Source: Candidatus Latescibacterota bacterium
Lineage (GTDB): Bacteria; Latescibacterota; UBA2968; GCA-2709665
Direction: 5' to 3'
Length of the DNA stretch: 64,000 nt
Assembly: GCA_965226795.1 (NCBI GenBank)
Contig: CBDDDZ010000005.1
Span: forward strand, 2,976,001 to 3,040,000
Shown: in pieces, positions 12,345 to 23,626 of the stretch
Layout: each line of letters starts with the position of its first letter
Numbering within the stretch: the first letter of the stretch is position 1
Made by a program: the position numbers and the translations under genes
The notes under the pieces: model-generated
The model's input: the letters and a program-made list of their open reading frames with translations, nothing else
The model's database searches: none
Told to the model about the DNA's origin: nothing

Positions 12345-13292
12345 ATGACCATACCGTTCGCGCGGGCGCTCGAGGCGGTAGATCTGTCATCCATTCAGCG
12401 CGCGCCGAAGGCCGAATTCCACCGGCATCATTTCTTCGGAACACGGATCGAGAACGTGGAGCGATGGCTCGGGCGCCCGCTGGAGCGGCCGGTCTTCCCC
12501 ATGCGCGGCCTGCCGGGAATGGAGGACTACGCGCGCAGAGCCCTGGGACCCCATATCAGTTCGCGAGCGGGTATTGAATTCACGGCCTGCGCGGCGATCA
12601 ACGACGCGATAGAAGACGGCGTCCGGCAGCTGGAGATGAGCTTCGACGTGCGCTCGGCCGGTCACTTCGAGTCCGGCATCGGCGGTTTTTCATTGTTCAT
12701 CCGGGACCTGGTGGAGCGACATCGGGACCGGATTGATCTCAGGCCGGAACTGGGCATCCCGCGGGAGATCATCGGCGACAGGGAGATGGTGCAGCGCGTT
12801 CACGGCGGAATCGAATCGGGCGTCTTCCAGTCAATCGACCTCTACGGGGACGAACACGCATGCACTCTCGAAGCCGTGATCCCGCTCTACGGACACGTGC
12901 GGTCGGCCGGGATGAAATTGAAGGCGCACGCGGGTGAATTCGGCGGGGCTGAGCGGGTCCGGGAGACCGCGGAAGCCCTGGGGCTGGATGAAATCCAACA
13001 CGGTATCGCGGCCGCGGAGTCCGCCGACGTGATGCGATGGCTTTCGAACAACCGGATTCGCCTGCACGTCTGTCCTTCCAGTAACGTCATGCTGGGCGCC
13101 GTGGACTGGCTTTCAACGCATCCCATCCGTACGTTGTTCGACCACGGCCTGGAAGTTACCTTAAATACGGACGATCCGATGATCTTCGGGCAGAGCGTCT
13201 CCCAGGAATACCTGAACCTTTTTGAAGCCGGTGTCTTCAGCGCCGAAGAACTGGACGCAATTCGAGTCGCATCGATCGCGCAGCGGTCCTGA
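12345..13292 (+). CDS. Adenosine deaminase family protein
   Basis: PKAEFHRH, AHAGE, IQHG, VCPSSN, LNTDDP motifs. Confidence 0.88.
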   Translation: MTIPFARALEAVDLSSIQRAPKAEFHRHHFFGTRIENVERWLGRPLERPVFPMRGLPGMEDYARRALGPHISSRAGIEFTACAAINDAIEDGVRQLEMSFDVRSAGHFESGIGGFSLFIRDLVERHRDRIDLRPELGIPREIIGDREMVQRVHGGIESGVFQSIDLYGDEHACTLEAVIPLYGHVRSAGMKLKAHAGEFGGAERVRETAEALGLDEIQHGIAAAESADVMRWLSNNRIRLHVCPSSNVMLGAVDWLSTHPIRTLFDHGLEVTLNTDDPMIFGQSVSQEYLNLFEAGVFSAEELDAIRVASIAQRS

Positions 13293-13396
13293 CGCCCCCC
13301 AATAAAAGAATCGGACGTTCGTTTACCCCGACACATTCACCCTCTCTCGAGAGAAAATCAGCAGCGGGCGCGAATCCCCAAAGCGGAGTGCAAACC

Positions 13397-14386
13397 ATGC
13401 GTGATATCGCGATGTTCGGCGGCACGGCGCACCCGGAGCTGACCGAGAACATCTGTATCAACCTGGGCGTCACACCCAGCAGAAGCACGGTGAACCAGTT
13501 CAGCAACGGCTGCATCCAGGTGCAACTGGAGGCCAACTGCCGGGAAGCCGATGTGTTTCTCATACAGCCACTTGTGATGCCCGTTCACGATAACCTGATG
13601 GAACTGCTGCAGATGCTGGACGCGGCCAGGGGCGCATCGGCCGCCCGCACGACCGCCGTGATTCCCTATTTCGGCTATGCGCGATCGGACAAGAAGGACG
13701 CACCACGGATTTCCATCGCTGCACGACTCGTCGCGGACCTGCTGGAGACGGCCGGCGCCAGCCGCGTGCTCACGATGACGCTGCACGCGCCGCAGGTGCA
13801 CGGATTCTTCAGTGTGCCCGTGGACCACCTCAACGCGTTGCACATTCTGGCAGGCCATTTTCAGGGCCGGGACCTCGAGAATACCGTGGTGTTATCGCCC
13901 GACCTCGGCAGGGCGAAAGAGGCGGCTCAGTTCGCCAGGATGCTGGGACTGCCGGTGGCCGCGGGAAGTAAACGCAGGATCAGCGACCGGAAGGTCGTCA
14001 TCGACGCGATCGTGGGCGACGTCAATGGTAAACGAGTTATTGTCCTGGACGACGAGATCGCCACGGGCGGGACGATTGTCGAATTGATCCATCGGCTCCG
14101 GGAACAGAAGGTGAACGACATCACCCTCACATGCACGCACGGCCTTTTTACAGGCGATGCCCTCGAGCGCTTCTGCCGATTCGACGAGGTGCGTGAAGTG
14201 ATTACAACGGATACGGTCCCCCGGCCCGCGGCGATCCAGTCGCACCCGAAACTGGCGACCTTGTCCGTGGCGCCCCTGCTCGCGGAAGCCATTCGCCGAA
14301 TTCACAATGGCGAGTCGGTCAGCAGCCTGTTCACGGCGCCGGAATGGATCACGGAAGACGATACTGAGAGTGGGCCATCCCCCTGA
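13397..14386 (+). CDS. prs: Ribose-phosphate pyrophosphokinase
   Basis: IPYFGYARSDKK, LHAPQVHGFF, SPDLG, VLDDEIATGGT. Confidence 0.95.
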   Translation: MRDIAMFGGTAHPELTENICINLGVTPSRSTVNQFSNGCIQVQLEANCREADVFLIQPLVMPVHDNLMELLQMLDAARGASAARTTAVIPYFGYARSDKKDAPRISIAARLVADLLETAGASRVLTMTLHAPQVHGFFSVPVDHLNALHILAGHFQGRDLENTVVLSPDLGRAKEAAQFARMLGLPVAAGSKRRISDRKVVIDAIVGDVNGKRVIVLDDEIATGGTIVELIHRLREQKVNDITLTCTHGLFTGDALERFCRFDEVREVITTDTVPRPAAIQSHPKLATLSVAPLLAEAIRRIHNGESVSSLFTAPEWITEDDTESGPSP

Positions 14387-14594
14387 TGTGCGCACGCCGG
14401 TTCCGTTTCCGGTTTTCGCGATTCCTATCGTAATGCTTGTCGCCAAACACCAGGATTTATATATTGGATGCGCGTGAGACCCGTAGGGCGGTCCCGTGAT
14501 GCTTTTTCCGGTATTCCAGGCGCGTCGGTGCGGGGCAGCCTGCTCCGATGGTTTTCATAATTGGAAATCGATTTTCCCGTGCGAGGTAAGGACG

Positions 14595-16307
14595 ATGAAC
14601 GATGCAGGCGCCAACCGCGCTGAGGTTGAAGACGAAGGCACCTCCGATTTTATCCGCGACGCCATCCGGCAGGACCTGGCTTCAGGCCGGTACGAGGGCG
14701 TGATGACCCGCTTTCCCCCGGAGCCCAACGGTTATATGCATATCGGCAACGCCTTCGGGTTCTGCCTGAATTTCGGTGTGGCCGATGAGTTCGGCGGGGT
14801 GTGCAATCTTCGTTTCGACGATACGAATCCCGTCCGGGAAGAGACGGAATTCGTGGAATCCATCAAGGAAGACATTAAGTGGATGGGGTTCGACTGGGAC
14901 GACCGCCTGTATTTCGCGTCGGACTATTTCGACGATCTCTATGAACTTGCCGTCAGGTTGATCAAAAAGGGCAAGGCCTACGTGTGCGATCTGAGCGTTG
15001 AGAAAATCCGCGAATACCGGGGTACCCTGAACGCGCCGGGAGAGAACAGCCCCTATCGGGACCGGCCGCCCGAGGAGAACCTGGACCTGTTCGCCCGGAT
15101 GAAGGCCGGTGAATTCGCGGACGGTTCGCGAACGCTGCGCGCGAAGATCGACATGGCGTCTCCGAATCTGAATATGCGCGACCCGGTCATGTACCGGATC
15201 ATCCACGTGGAACATCACCGGACCGGCGGCGCATGGTGCATCTATCCCACGTACGATTGGGCGCACGGGCAGTCCGACGCCATTGAGGGAGTCACCCATT
15301 CGCTGTGCAGCATCGAGTTTGCCGACCATCAGCCTCTTTACAACTGGTACATCAGGGAACTTGGGATTTTTCCTTCGCGACAGATCGAGTTCTCCCGGTT
15401 GAATCTGACGTATACCGTGGTGAGCAAGCGACATCTGCGGCGCCTGGTGGCGGAAGGCCACGTCGGCGGATGGGACGATCCGCGCATGCCCACGCTGAGG
15501 GCCAAGCGCCGGGCAGGGGTTCCCCCCCAGGCGATCCGGGATTTCATCGGCCGTACCGGGCTGAACCGGCGGTCCACCGTGGCGGAGATGGAACTCTTCG
15601 AATCGTACGTGCGCGAACATCTGAACAAAACGTCGCCTCGCGTCATGGGCGTGATCGATCCGCTCAAGGTGGTAATCGAGAATTATCCTGAAGAACTGGA
15701 AGAGACGTTCGAGGCGCAGATCAATCCGGAGGATCCGTCGGCAGGGACGCGCGCGGTGCCCTTCTCGCGGGAGGTCTACATCGAGCGGGAGGATTTCATG
15801 GAAGACCCGCCTCGCAGATTCCACCGCCTCGCTCCGGGACGGGAGGTCCGACTGCGCGCGGCCTGCTACATCACGTGCAGGGAGGTCGTTAAGGACAACG
15901 ATGGAAACGTAGTAGAACTTCGGTGTACGTTCGACCCGGAAAGCCGGGGCGGATCTTCACCGGACGGCCGCAGGGTACGCGGCACCCTGCACTGGGTGTC
16001 CGTCAGACACGCCGTTGAGGCCGAGGTCCGGTTGTACGACCGTCTGTTCAGGGTCAAGAACCCGCAGGAGATCACGGATGACTTTGCCGGCGCGCTGAAC
16101 CCGGATTCGCTGGTGGTGCGTCCGACGTGCTTCGTGGAACCCGGGCTGGAAGGCGCCCAACCGGAGAGCCGGTACCAGTTCGAGCGGCTGGGATATTTCT
16201 GCGTGGATCCGGATTCCACGCCCGAAAAGCTCGTATTCAACCGGACGATTACGCTGCGGGATTCATGGGCACGGATGCAGAAAAAAGGGAAACCGGCGCG
16301 TCCCTGA
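14595..16307 (+). CDS. glnS: Glutamine--tRNA ligase
   Basis: [48 protein letters not shown]. Confidence 0.95.
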   Translation: MNDAGANRAEVEDEGTSDFIRDAIRQDLASGRYEGVMTRFPPEPNGYMHIGNAFGFCLNFGVADEFGGVCNLRFDDTNPVREETEFVESIKEDIKWMGFDWDDRLYFASDYFDDLYELAVRLIKKGKAYVCDLSVEKIREYRGTLNAPGENSPYRDRPPEENLDLFARMKAGEFADGSRTLRAKIDMASPNLNMRDPVMYRIIHVEHHRTGGAWCIYPTYDWAHGQSDAIEGVTHSLCSIEFADHQPLYNWYIRELGIFPSRQIEFSRLNLTYTVVSKRHLRRLVAEGHVGGWDDPRMPTLRAKRRAGVPPQAIRDFIGRTGLNRRSTVAEMELFESYVREHLNKTSPRVMGVIDPLKVVIENYPEELEETFEAQINPEDPSAGTRAVPFSREVYIEREDFMEDPPRRFHRLAPGREVRLRAACYITCREVVKDNDGNVVELRCTFDPESRGGSSPDGRRVRGTLHWVSVRHAVEAEVRLYDRLFRVKNPQEITDDFAGALNPDSLVVRPTCFVEPGLEGAQPESRYQFERLGYFCVDPDSTPEKLVFNRTITLRDSWARMQKKGKPARP

Positions 16308-16685
16308 GTGTGGGCCCTGAGCCGCTCCTTGAGCAATTGCACTAGACCTGTCGAAGGGTCGTCGAAGGCTATCGCAGAATGCCCGCGCGGGTGAATTAAC
16401 CGTCCGGGCATTCTCGTACAAGGTGTCGATTCAACGACCGGCGGCTTGTGTCCCGTCCCAGAAATATGTCACCATTCAACCGCCTGTCTGCGTGCGTGAG
16501 ACTACACGCACAGGCAGGCCGATTCATCCCATCTCGCTACGTTCCCTTCACTCGCCGACCTTGCGCAGGTCGCCTCGCTCAGGCGCTGGTTCCTGAACCT
16601 GTCGAAGCAAGTGGGTACCGCCACCGTGAGTTAGAATCTTCGCCACACCCAAATGTCCCCTATTCCCTTGCCCTTTTTCTTGCAT

Positions 16686-16779
16686 CGCCCAAGAAAAAGG
16701 GCGAAAAAGAAGGGCGCCTGCCTGCCGAGCACGGCTCGGCGCAGGCAGGCCGCTCGGCGCGGGGCCGGTTTTTCCGCGA
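16686..16779. repeat. Dispersed palindromic repeat, family A (copy 1)
   Basis: CGCCCAAGAAAAAGG...GCCTGCCTGCCGAGCACGGCTCGGCGCAGGCAGGC...TTTTCCGCGA recurs at 40291-40384. Confidence 0.8.
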
Positions 16780-16989
16780 TGGATCACCTCGAGGAATCTG
16801 TGAGACGCCTGCAGCCTGCTACCGGAGGGAGCGAACCAAAACCACATTGCCAGATGGATTAACGCGGAAAAATGGTTTTTAGGGCCCCATCGCCGCCACC
16901 GGACGGCGAGTAGTTAGATCCTGTACGTTCAAGGACAGATTGAGGGTGGGTTGATGCCGATGCGCAATCGCGGTGGTCTGCCGCGCAAT

Positions 16990-18200
16990 CGCTGTCGTGG
17001 CTGCGAATCAAGATAATGCTGCGAGATGCATAGCGCCGGAATTCGCATGCGCCCGTTCTGCTGTCCCGCCTCTTCACGTGTCGATGAAGTCAACATGGCA
17101 ATTGAGTTTTTGAGGTTCCAGGCCAGCTGACGGCTGATGAGCATGTAGGCCCTGTTGCTGACCTGCTTCATGTCAGGCGGGATTTCGCGCAAGGCGTTGA
17201 CGCCGTTTCCGAGTTGCTCGAACACGTTCTCCTGATCGCAGCGTTGGTTGGCACAGGCGACGATCTCGGCGGGGCTTACGTCCGTGCGTGTCGTGATATA
17301 GAAGAAATAACGGCATTCGTCGAACAGGACAAGGTCGCCCTTCATTTTACTGATGTTCTTGCGCAGGACCACGACGCGATACACACGTTTACAGCGCGTG
17401 GGGTTGGTAGTTGAACTCGGCCACGTGTTCGTGGTTGAGGACCAGGTTGGCGTAGGCCCGTTTGCGGACGATGGGGCGCGCTTCCGCTTCTGGTCGGTCA
17501 CCGCGTTGCAGGGGCTGCCATCGCTCAGCACGGGAACGCATCGTCGCTGCGAAGATGAATCGACGCTGGCCCATCGATCAAAATGTCGTCGAGTCGGTGT
17601 CGCCACGTACACAGATGCACCAGCGCCAAGGCCGCTCGCAGGGTGCGCCCTGGGCACATTCGGTCGGTTGACCAGGAAGAGCCTTCTTCACCAGCGGATG
17701 GTAGCCCCAGATGCCCGATGTCCATAGCTTTCCAACGTCGGACGTTTGTGCCGACGTCGATTAGGTTGTCACAAAGATTTGCGGCCACGCGATGCAAGGA
17801 GGATGACCGCGTTGATGCACGCTGACGATGTCCCGTTGAGAAGCAAAAGTCACCCGCCGTGGTCGGATCGGGAATTGAGCACCCAGGGCATTCATGTGTC
17901 ATGTCGCAAACGCTCGATATCCTGTGCCGCCGCACAACACGTTGTAAGCGATGTTGGACGTGGTCCGACTCATGATAGGGCAGATGCACCTTCAACAGGG
18001 ACAGCGACGCGTCGATGCGCTTGGGCAGTCCCAGCTTGGTGACCAGGCGATGCACGGCGCCGATGCCTCCACTCATCGCGTCGGTGTAGGCCCACCTCGT
18101 AGTGCACTTTGCCAGGACTCATGGGCCGGGGCTGCGCCTGCCAATGCCCCGCTCGACCGTGGCGGGCGGCCACTTTGGTCGAGCACGGTTCCTGCGGCGT
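16990..18200 (-). mobile_element. Degraded IS1380-family transposase remnant
   Basis: Fragments in several frames: GGIGAVHRLVTKLGL..LLKVHLPYHESDHV, IPDPTTAGDFC, YRVVVLRKNIS, YFFYIT..ANQRCDQEN..EQL.NGVNAL. Confidence 0.75.
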
Positions 18201-18280
18201 CATCAACCGCGGAAAGGTCTCTGCGTTGGAGTGATGTCGCAACCGGTAGGCCTTTTCCTTGGACCAGATCACGCTTGTTT

Positions 18281-18899
18281 CTAGTAGGCGAACCTCAGGC
18301 CGATGGCGAAACGTTCCACGTTCCGGATCGTTCCGGCGAAATTTACGCGGATTTCCGCGAATGCTCTGGAAAAGCCCTCGTTTATCTGGGCTTCGCTGCC
18401 CACCGACACCTGAAGAAACCCACCTTTTTCCCAATTGGAATACTCCCTGGGTTCACTTTCCCGTAGCCCGTATATCCCAACGCCAGCCCCAAGATAGGGC
18501 ACTAACGAGGATTCCGTTATCGCACGCCACCTGAAAAACACAAATGCCGCCCTGAAAGACCTCTTGAAATCTCTCGCATTGACTTCCTCCCTGCGCGCCT
18601 TCGTAAGAGAGTAACGAGCCGGAGATCCCGCCACGGGAAAACATGACGGTTCCGATTCCCATGTCGGCCGGCTCGATGCGAAAGAACAGGTCCCCGGCAA
18701 TAACGAGCCCTGCCTGCATCCGATGGAAGTTTATTTGAGCGGACGGCCGAACCCCTTCATAGACGCTACCGCTGCTGCATAAAAAACGGCTGTCGCCAGG
18801 AATGGAATAACCGCCAGAGACACTCACACCCAACTCCTGCGCATTTGACGTACCAGTCGCCAGGAGGAAAACGATCACGAAACCGATTGCGCGATACAT
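18281..18899 (-). pseudogene. Outer-membrane beta-barrel protein, frameshifted
   Basis: Signal peptide MYRAIGFVIVFLLATGTSNAQ in one frame; VPYLGAGVG...FAIGLRFAY barrel C-terminus in another. Confidence 0.6.
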
Positions 18900-19262
18900 C
18901 TGACCCCTCCGCTTAATGGATTTCAGGCAGAAGAGACATTCATCAAGATCCGTGCCAATGAGGATTGCGTTCGCTTGATTTTTAATTTGTTACGAACGCA
19001 ATATCGAAATCATGCAACTTTTTTTTAAATATTAACTATTTATATCTATTTTCAATTTTCACCTCGCCCTTCGACCATGCCCTTCATGACCCGGGAGTTA
19101 ATGTATCCAGTAGCCGACATGTGAATCCGATGCACGCGTGTGGTGATCCGTCGACAGTCGTCACGCGGTTGTATTACGGGTTGGAATTCCCGTGTGCGTC
19201 GCTTATTGTAACACGTCAAACCATGCTGCCCGGCAAGGCGACATTGGGTTGAAGGGAGAACG

Positions 19263-19727
19263 ATGTCCGATAGACAATTGAAGTTGAAAGTCATGTGTTC
19301 GCAATTGCCCGGACTTCGTTTTGAACACCCTCACAAACATGAACCCAGGGTCAAGGAGCCCGTCTATCTGGGCATCCAGCGCGGGACCGAAGTTATCGAC
19401 CAGGTTCCCGCCGATCGTCATCGGGTTGTGTTCCATCCCGAGTTCAAGATTGGAAAGAAACCGGACGGTTCGCCGAACTTCCTGGGGCCGTTCGCCCAGG
19501 GCAGGCCCATGGACCGGTTTTTCTATCTTTCCTGGGGTGTGAGGCGTTCCGATCGTTTCGAGATGTTCCGGCGGCTCAAGATTCGCTTGACCAACCTGGA
19601 ATGGCCGGAGATCGATCGTGCTCTTGAGTCGGATGACCCAATCGTCGTGAAGTTGAAGCTGACGGACGGCGGCGGCGGCCCCCTCTGCGGCACGCCGGAC
19701 AGTTCCCGGATTGCGTGGGAACGATAG
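19263..19727 (+). CDS. DUF5990-like protein
   Basis: VYLGIQRG, GPFAQG..DRFFYLSWG, MFRRLKI motifs; GGGAG RBS. Confidence 0.65.
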   Translation: MSDRQLKLKVMCSQLPGLRFEHPHKHEPRVKEPVYLGIQRGTEVIDQVPADRHRVVFHPEFKIGKKPDGSPNFLGPFAQGRPMDRFFYLSWGVRRSDRFEMFRRLKIRLTNLEWPEIDRALESDDPIVVKLKLTDGGGGPLCGTPDSSRIAWER

Positions 19728-19945
19728 GCTTCCGACCTGAAAAATTCATAACCATGATAGTTTCGATTCTTACAGTGCGACTTCTACGCAAAATGGATAC
19801 ATGTCTGTTTCATGCTGCTTGTTCAGGGATTCGTGTTAATGATAAAGGGTCAAGGGTAGGACGTGGCGTTTACGGCCAGCCTGACGGCTTCCTCAGCATG
19901 ACAGCGTGGGCGCACGTGTGACGGACGCATTTCGCGGATGAATCG

Positions 19946-20023
19946 GCGGTGCAAGCCTTTCTTCTGTCTGCATTCCGGCAGAAGGACAATGACAAGGGCA
20001 GACAGGAATGTCTGCCCCACCTT
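19946..20023. repeat. REP-like repeat, family B (copy 1, reverse orientation)
   Basis: Reverse complement closely matches 48115-48193 (GGTGGGGCAGACATTCCTGTCTGCCC...). Confidence 0.75.
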
Positions 20024-20191
20024 CGCACCCGCACAACGGCTCGACAAGCCATTGTACGGGTGTGGAGATGATTGATTCGCCAATTAAGCAGCGTAGGAAC
20101 CAGGTCAGGATATTTATCGTAAGCCCACAAACTAACCGTTTGGGATACAAATCCAGGACCGGCAATTCTGGCCTGTCAGGAAAGAAAATAT

Positions 20192-20857
20192 ATGCCCGTT
20201 GAGCCCGTAGCGTTAAAGTTTCTGGCGACAGAGGAAAAGGGCGAGGTGTCGGCGCTTTACGCGAGACCGAGCGGGGCGGAGGCGTTGCTGGTGTTGGGCC
20301 ACGGAGCGGGCACCAATATGCGTCACCCGTTCATCCAGGATCTGAGCGATGCGTTGAACGACGCGGGCGTTGCCACGTTTCGTTTCAATTATCCCTATTC
20401 CGAAAAGGGCGGGGGCATGGATGGCGAGAAGGTGCGCCTGGCAACCGTGCGCGCCGCAATTGCAGCGGCGATGAACGAGGCGAAGGGTCTGCCGGTGTTC
20501 GCGGGCGGGCACTCCATGAGCGGGCGCATGTTCTCCATGGCCTGTGCCCAGGAACCGATAGAGGAATTGAAGGGCATCGTGTTTTTTGCATTTCCCCTGC
20601 ACGCGGGCAGGCCGAATACGGAGCGCGCCGCGCATCTGCAGGATGTGACGGTACCCATGCTGTTTCTGTCGGGCCAACGGGACAAGATGGCGGATATGAC
20701 ACTGCTGGAGCCGGTTGTCCGGAGGCTGGACCGCGCCACGCTGCACGTGGTGGATACGGCGAATCACGGATTCAAGGTGCTGAAACGAAGGAATACCGAC
20801 GAACCCGTACTCGTGGAGTTGGCACGGGTGGCGGGCGCGTGGATGAAACAAAGCTGA
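20192..20857 (+). CDS. Alpha/beta hydrolase (KANL3/Tex30-like)
   Basis: LGHGAG, RFNYPY, GGHSMSGR nucleophile elbow, FPLH, C-terminal His. Confidence 0.85.
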   Translation: MPVEPVALKFLATEEKGEVSALYARPSGAEALLVLGHGAGTNMRHPFIQDLSDALNDAGVATFRFNYPYSEKGGGMDGEKVRLATVRAAIAAAMNEAKGLPVFAGGHSMSGRMFSMACAQEPIEELKGIVFFAFPLHAGRPNTERAAHLQDVTVPMLFLSGQRDKMADMTLLEPVVRRLDRATLHVVDTANHGFKVLKRRNTDEPVLVELARVAGAWMKQS

Positions 20858-21036
20858 AGGAATCGCATCCGCTCCTGTCAGGTGCCAAGAAGGACGATGC
20901 CCGGCGGGTAAGGCCGTCCGTGAACGTCGCGTTATTGAATGCCCACGGGACTCGGCCACGCCAACGGCATGATGACCATCGAACGCGCTTTGGTGCGCGC
21001 CGGAAGCAGCACACGTTTCGGAGGGACCCAATCGTG

Positions 21037-21492
21037 ATGGAAAAAATCAACCTATCGGACATCGAAGAGATATCGCGCCAATCGCCCAAACAGAAATTCC
21101 AGGTTTCGCGCAAGGATGTCTCCGGCGCGTTGGGAACCGAAGGGCAGCCGTTCGAGATCGACTGGGTGCGATTGAAACCGGGTATGACCAACTTTCCCTA
21201 CCACGCGCACCAGGTCCAGTGGGAGTACTACATCGTGGTCAGCGGCCGGGGCATCGTGCGGCGGAACGACCGCACGTTCGAGGTGGACGCAGGCGACGTG
21301 TTCGTTCAACCGCCCGGCACGGCGCATCACATCCGGAATCCGAGTGAGGATGAAGACCTCATCTACTACGTGATTGCCGACAATCCCGTGTGCGATCCGT
21401 GCTACTATCCCGATTCGGACAAGTGGGCGATCCGTCCGCCGGGGAAATTGGGGCGCATGACCGACGCGGATTATTACGATGGAGAAGAGTAG
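21037..21492 (+). CDS. Cupin domain protein
   Basis: YHAH..WEYYIVVSGRG, AGDVF..PPG.AHHIRN, YYPDSDK. Confidence 0.85.
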   Translation: MEKINLSDIEEISRQSPKQKFQVSRKDVSGALGTEGQPFEIDWVRLKPGMTNFPYHAHQVQWEYYIVVSGRGIVRRNDRTFEVDAGDVFVQPPGTAHHIRNPSEDEDLIYYVIADNPVCDPCYYPDSDKWAIRPPGKLGRMTDADYYDGEE

Positions 21493-21584
21493 AAAAGGTA
21501 GACGTGACCTGCGACAAAGCGCGCCTTAGATAGCCCCGGAGAACCGTTTCTCCGGGGCTTCGTATTGTGATGTCCATCGATGTT

Positions 21585-22571
21585 TCAAGGTACCGAGGAG
21601 ACGAGGTATTCGGGCGGGGATTCACCCTGGCGGATAACGGCAAAGTCACGGCCCGCGGGGATTAGAAAGGTGTCTCCCTTCCCGGCACGATAGACGTCAT
21701 CGCCGCCGCTAATTTCGCCGCCGCCCGCGAGAACGGTGAGCGCCGCCAGCGAGGCGCAGCGTGGATGATCTGTCCTGCTTTCCGAAAGTTTGAACCGTTC
21801 CAGGCGGAAGTGTTCGGATTCAACGAGCAGGGCCTGTTGACGGCTTACCCCGGACAGCGTGGACGAGGGCAAGGGCTCCCTGCGCGGTCCGTCGAAGGCA
21901 ATGACGTCCACCGCGCTTTCGATATGCAGTTCCCTGGGTTTCCCGTCGACGCCGGGGCGTTTGTAGTCGTAAATGCGAAAGGTGATATCGCTGGATTGCT
22001 GGACCTCGTACACGATGACGCCGGCGCAGAGGGCGTGGACCGTCCCGGGAGGGATGAAGACGACGTCGCCCGGTCGGGCGTCGAAAAACTCGACGGCATC
22101 CGAGACGCGGTCGTCGTTGATGGCGTCCACGAACGCGGATTTGTCAACGCCGGGTTTCAGACCGCAGGCGATGCGCCCGCTATCGGATTGGAGCACGTAC
22201 CAGGCCTCCATTTTTCCGAATTTTCCAAGATGCTTCATCCGGGCATATGCATCGTCGGGGTGAACCTGAATGGAAAGATCCTGGTGCGCGTCGAGCAGCT
22301 TGACAAGCAGCGGGAATTCACCGCCGTAACGATCGAATGCCGACGCGCCAAGCAACTCGCGGCCGTGCGTTTCCACAAGAACGCGAAGCGACCGGCCGGT
22401 GAACGGACCGGCCGAAACGACGCTTTCCATGCCCGGATAGGCGGAAACCTCCCAGGATTCGCCGAAATTCCGGCCAGGCGGCAGGGCTTTCCCATACTGC
22501 TCCCGCAGCCTGCGGCCGCCCCAGATCATTTCTCTGAAATAGGGTTTGAGAGGAAGTACACTCGGGAGCAT
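21585..22571 (-). CDS. Mannose-6-phosphate isomerase, class I
   Basis: IWGG, GESWE, FPLLVKLLDA..LSIQVHPDD, GK.EAWY, GTVHAL, EVQQSSDITFRIYDY. Confidence 0.9.
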   Translation of the reverse strand: MLPSVLPLKPYFREMIWGGRRLREQYGKALPPGRNFGESWEVSAYPGMESVVSAGPFTGRSLRVLVETHGRELLGASAFDRYGGEFPLLVKLLDAHQDLSIQVHPDDAYARMKHLGKFGKMEAWYVLQSDSGRIACGLKPGVDKSAFVDAINDDRVSDAVEFFDARPGDVVFIPPGTVHALCAGVIVYEVQQSSDITFRIYDYKRPGVDGKPRELHIESAVDVIAFDGPRREPLPSSTLSGVSRQQALLVESEHFRLERFKLSESRTDHPRCASLAALTVLAGGGEISGGDDVYRAGKGDTFLIPAGRDFAVIRQGESPPEYLVSSVP

Positions 22572-22938
22572 GGCGGATCCCGTTTCGGATGGTTCGGAAA
22601 ACCCGGAAATGGACGCTTCGTTCAAGATATCGGGTACGAATCGCGTTGTCAATGACGTACCGACTGCCGAGTAGGTCTCAGTATCGTCCTCCGCCTTCCC
22701 GGCGCCTGGATCCCGCGGACGAACGGCATTTTCGACAGCGCCTCGTCAACGTCGGCCGCGTCCACTTCCAGCCAGGGGATGTTTTCCCGGCGGATATTCA
22801 TTCCACTTGCGGCGCTTCGGCTCAGGCATTAGGTTATGGGCCCCGTTGATGGATTTTCCAGGCGCGGGAAGTTGCGGCCATTCAAGACGATGACATGTAT
22901 GCCGGGATCGGACATCAGATAAGTGTGAAAGGGTCGAC

Positions 22939-23541
22939 ATGTCGAACGATAGAATCGCGGAACTCGAACGGCGCATCGGCGAATTGATGGCGGAACTCCA
23001 CGCGCTGCAAAAGGCCAGCCCGGGAACGCCCGTGTGTAATTACACCTTCGACGCACTGTCGGGAACGACGACGTTGCGCGACCTGTTCGGCGACCGGGAC
23101 AGGCTGCTGGCCATACACAATATGGGGCAGGGCTGCCGCTATTGCACGCTCTGGGCGGACGGCTTCAACGGCCTGGTCCCTCATCTGGAGTCCGTCCTCT
23201 CCGTGGTACTGCTTTCGAAAGACTCCCCGGAAACCCAGCGCCGCTTCGCGAACGCCCGTGGGTGGCGGTTTCAACTGGCCTCCCACGGCGGCGGAGACTA
23301 CATCCGCGAGCAGTCCGTCGTGGAAGGAGACGGCAACTACCCCGGCGCCGTGGTTTACCAGCGCGACGGCGACACGGTTCTCCGCAAAAACGCGTGCGTA
23401 TTCGGTCCCGGGGACATCTACTGCGCGATGTGGACGCTGCTGGGCCTGGCGGGCCTCGGGGAAGAGGATTGGACGCCCCAGTTCACGTACTGGCAGCGCC
23501 CGGCCAGCCTGGACGACGGCGGTCAGAACGTACTCGACTGA
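22939..23541 (+). CDS. DUF899 family thioredoxin-like protein
   Basis: TLRDLFGDR, CRYCTLWADGF, FANARGWRF. Confidence 0.8.
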   Translation: MSNDRIAELERRIGELMAELHALQKASPGTPVCNYTFDALSGTTTLRDLFGDRDRLLAIHNMGQGCRYCTLWADGFNGLVPHLESVLSVVLLSKDSPETQRRFANARGWRFQLASHGGGDYIREQSVVEGDGNYPGAVVYQRDGDTVLRKNACVFGPGDIYCAMWTLLGLAGLGEEDWTPQFTYWQRPASLDDGGQNVLD

Positions 23542-23626
23542 ACGTTGAAGAAAGCACGAGGTGCGCCGGGAGTCATCTGCCAGGCGGCTTGTCTCTTCTC
23601 ACCTCGCGAGTCTTAGTGAGGTATGG

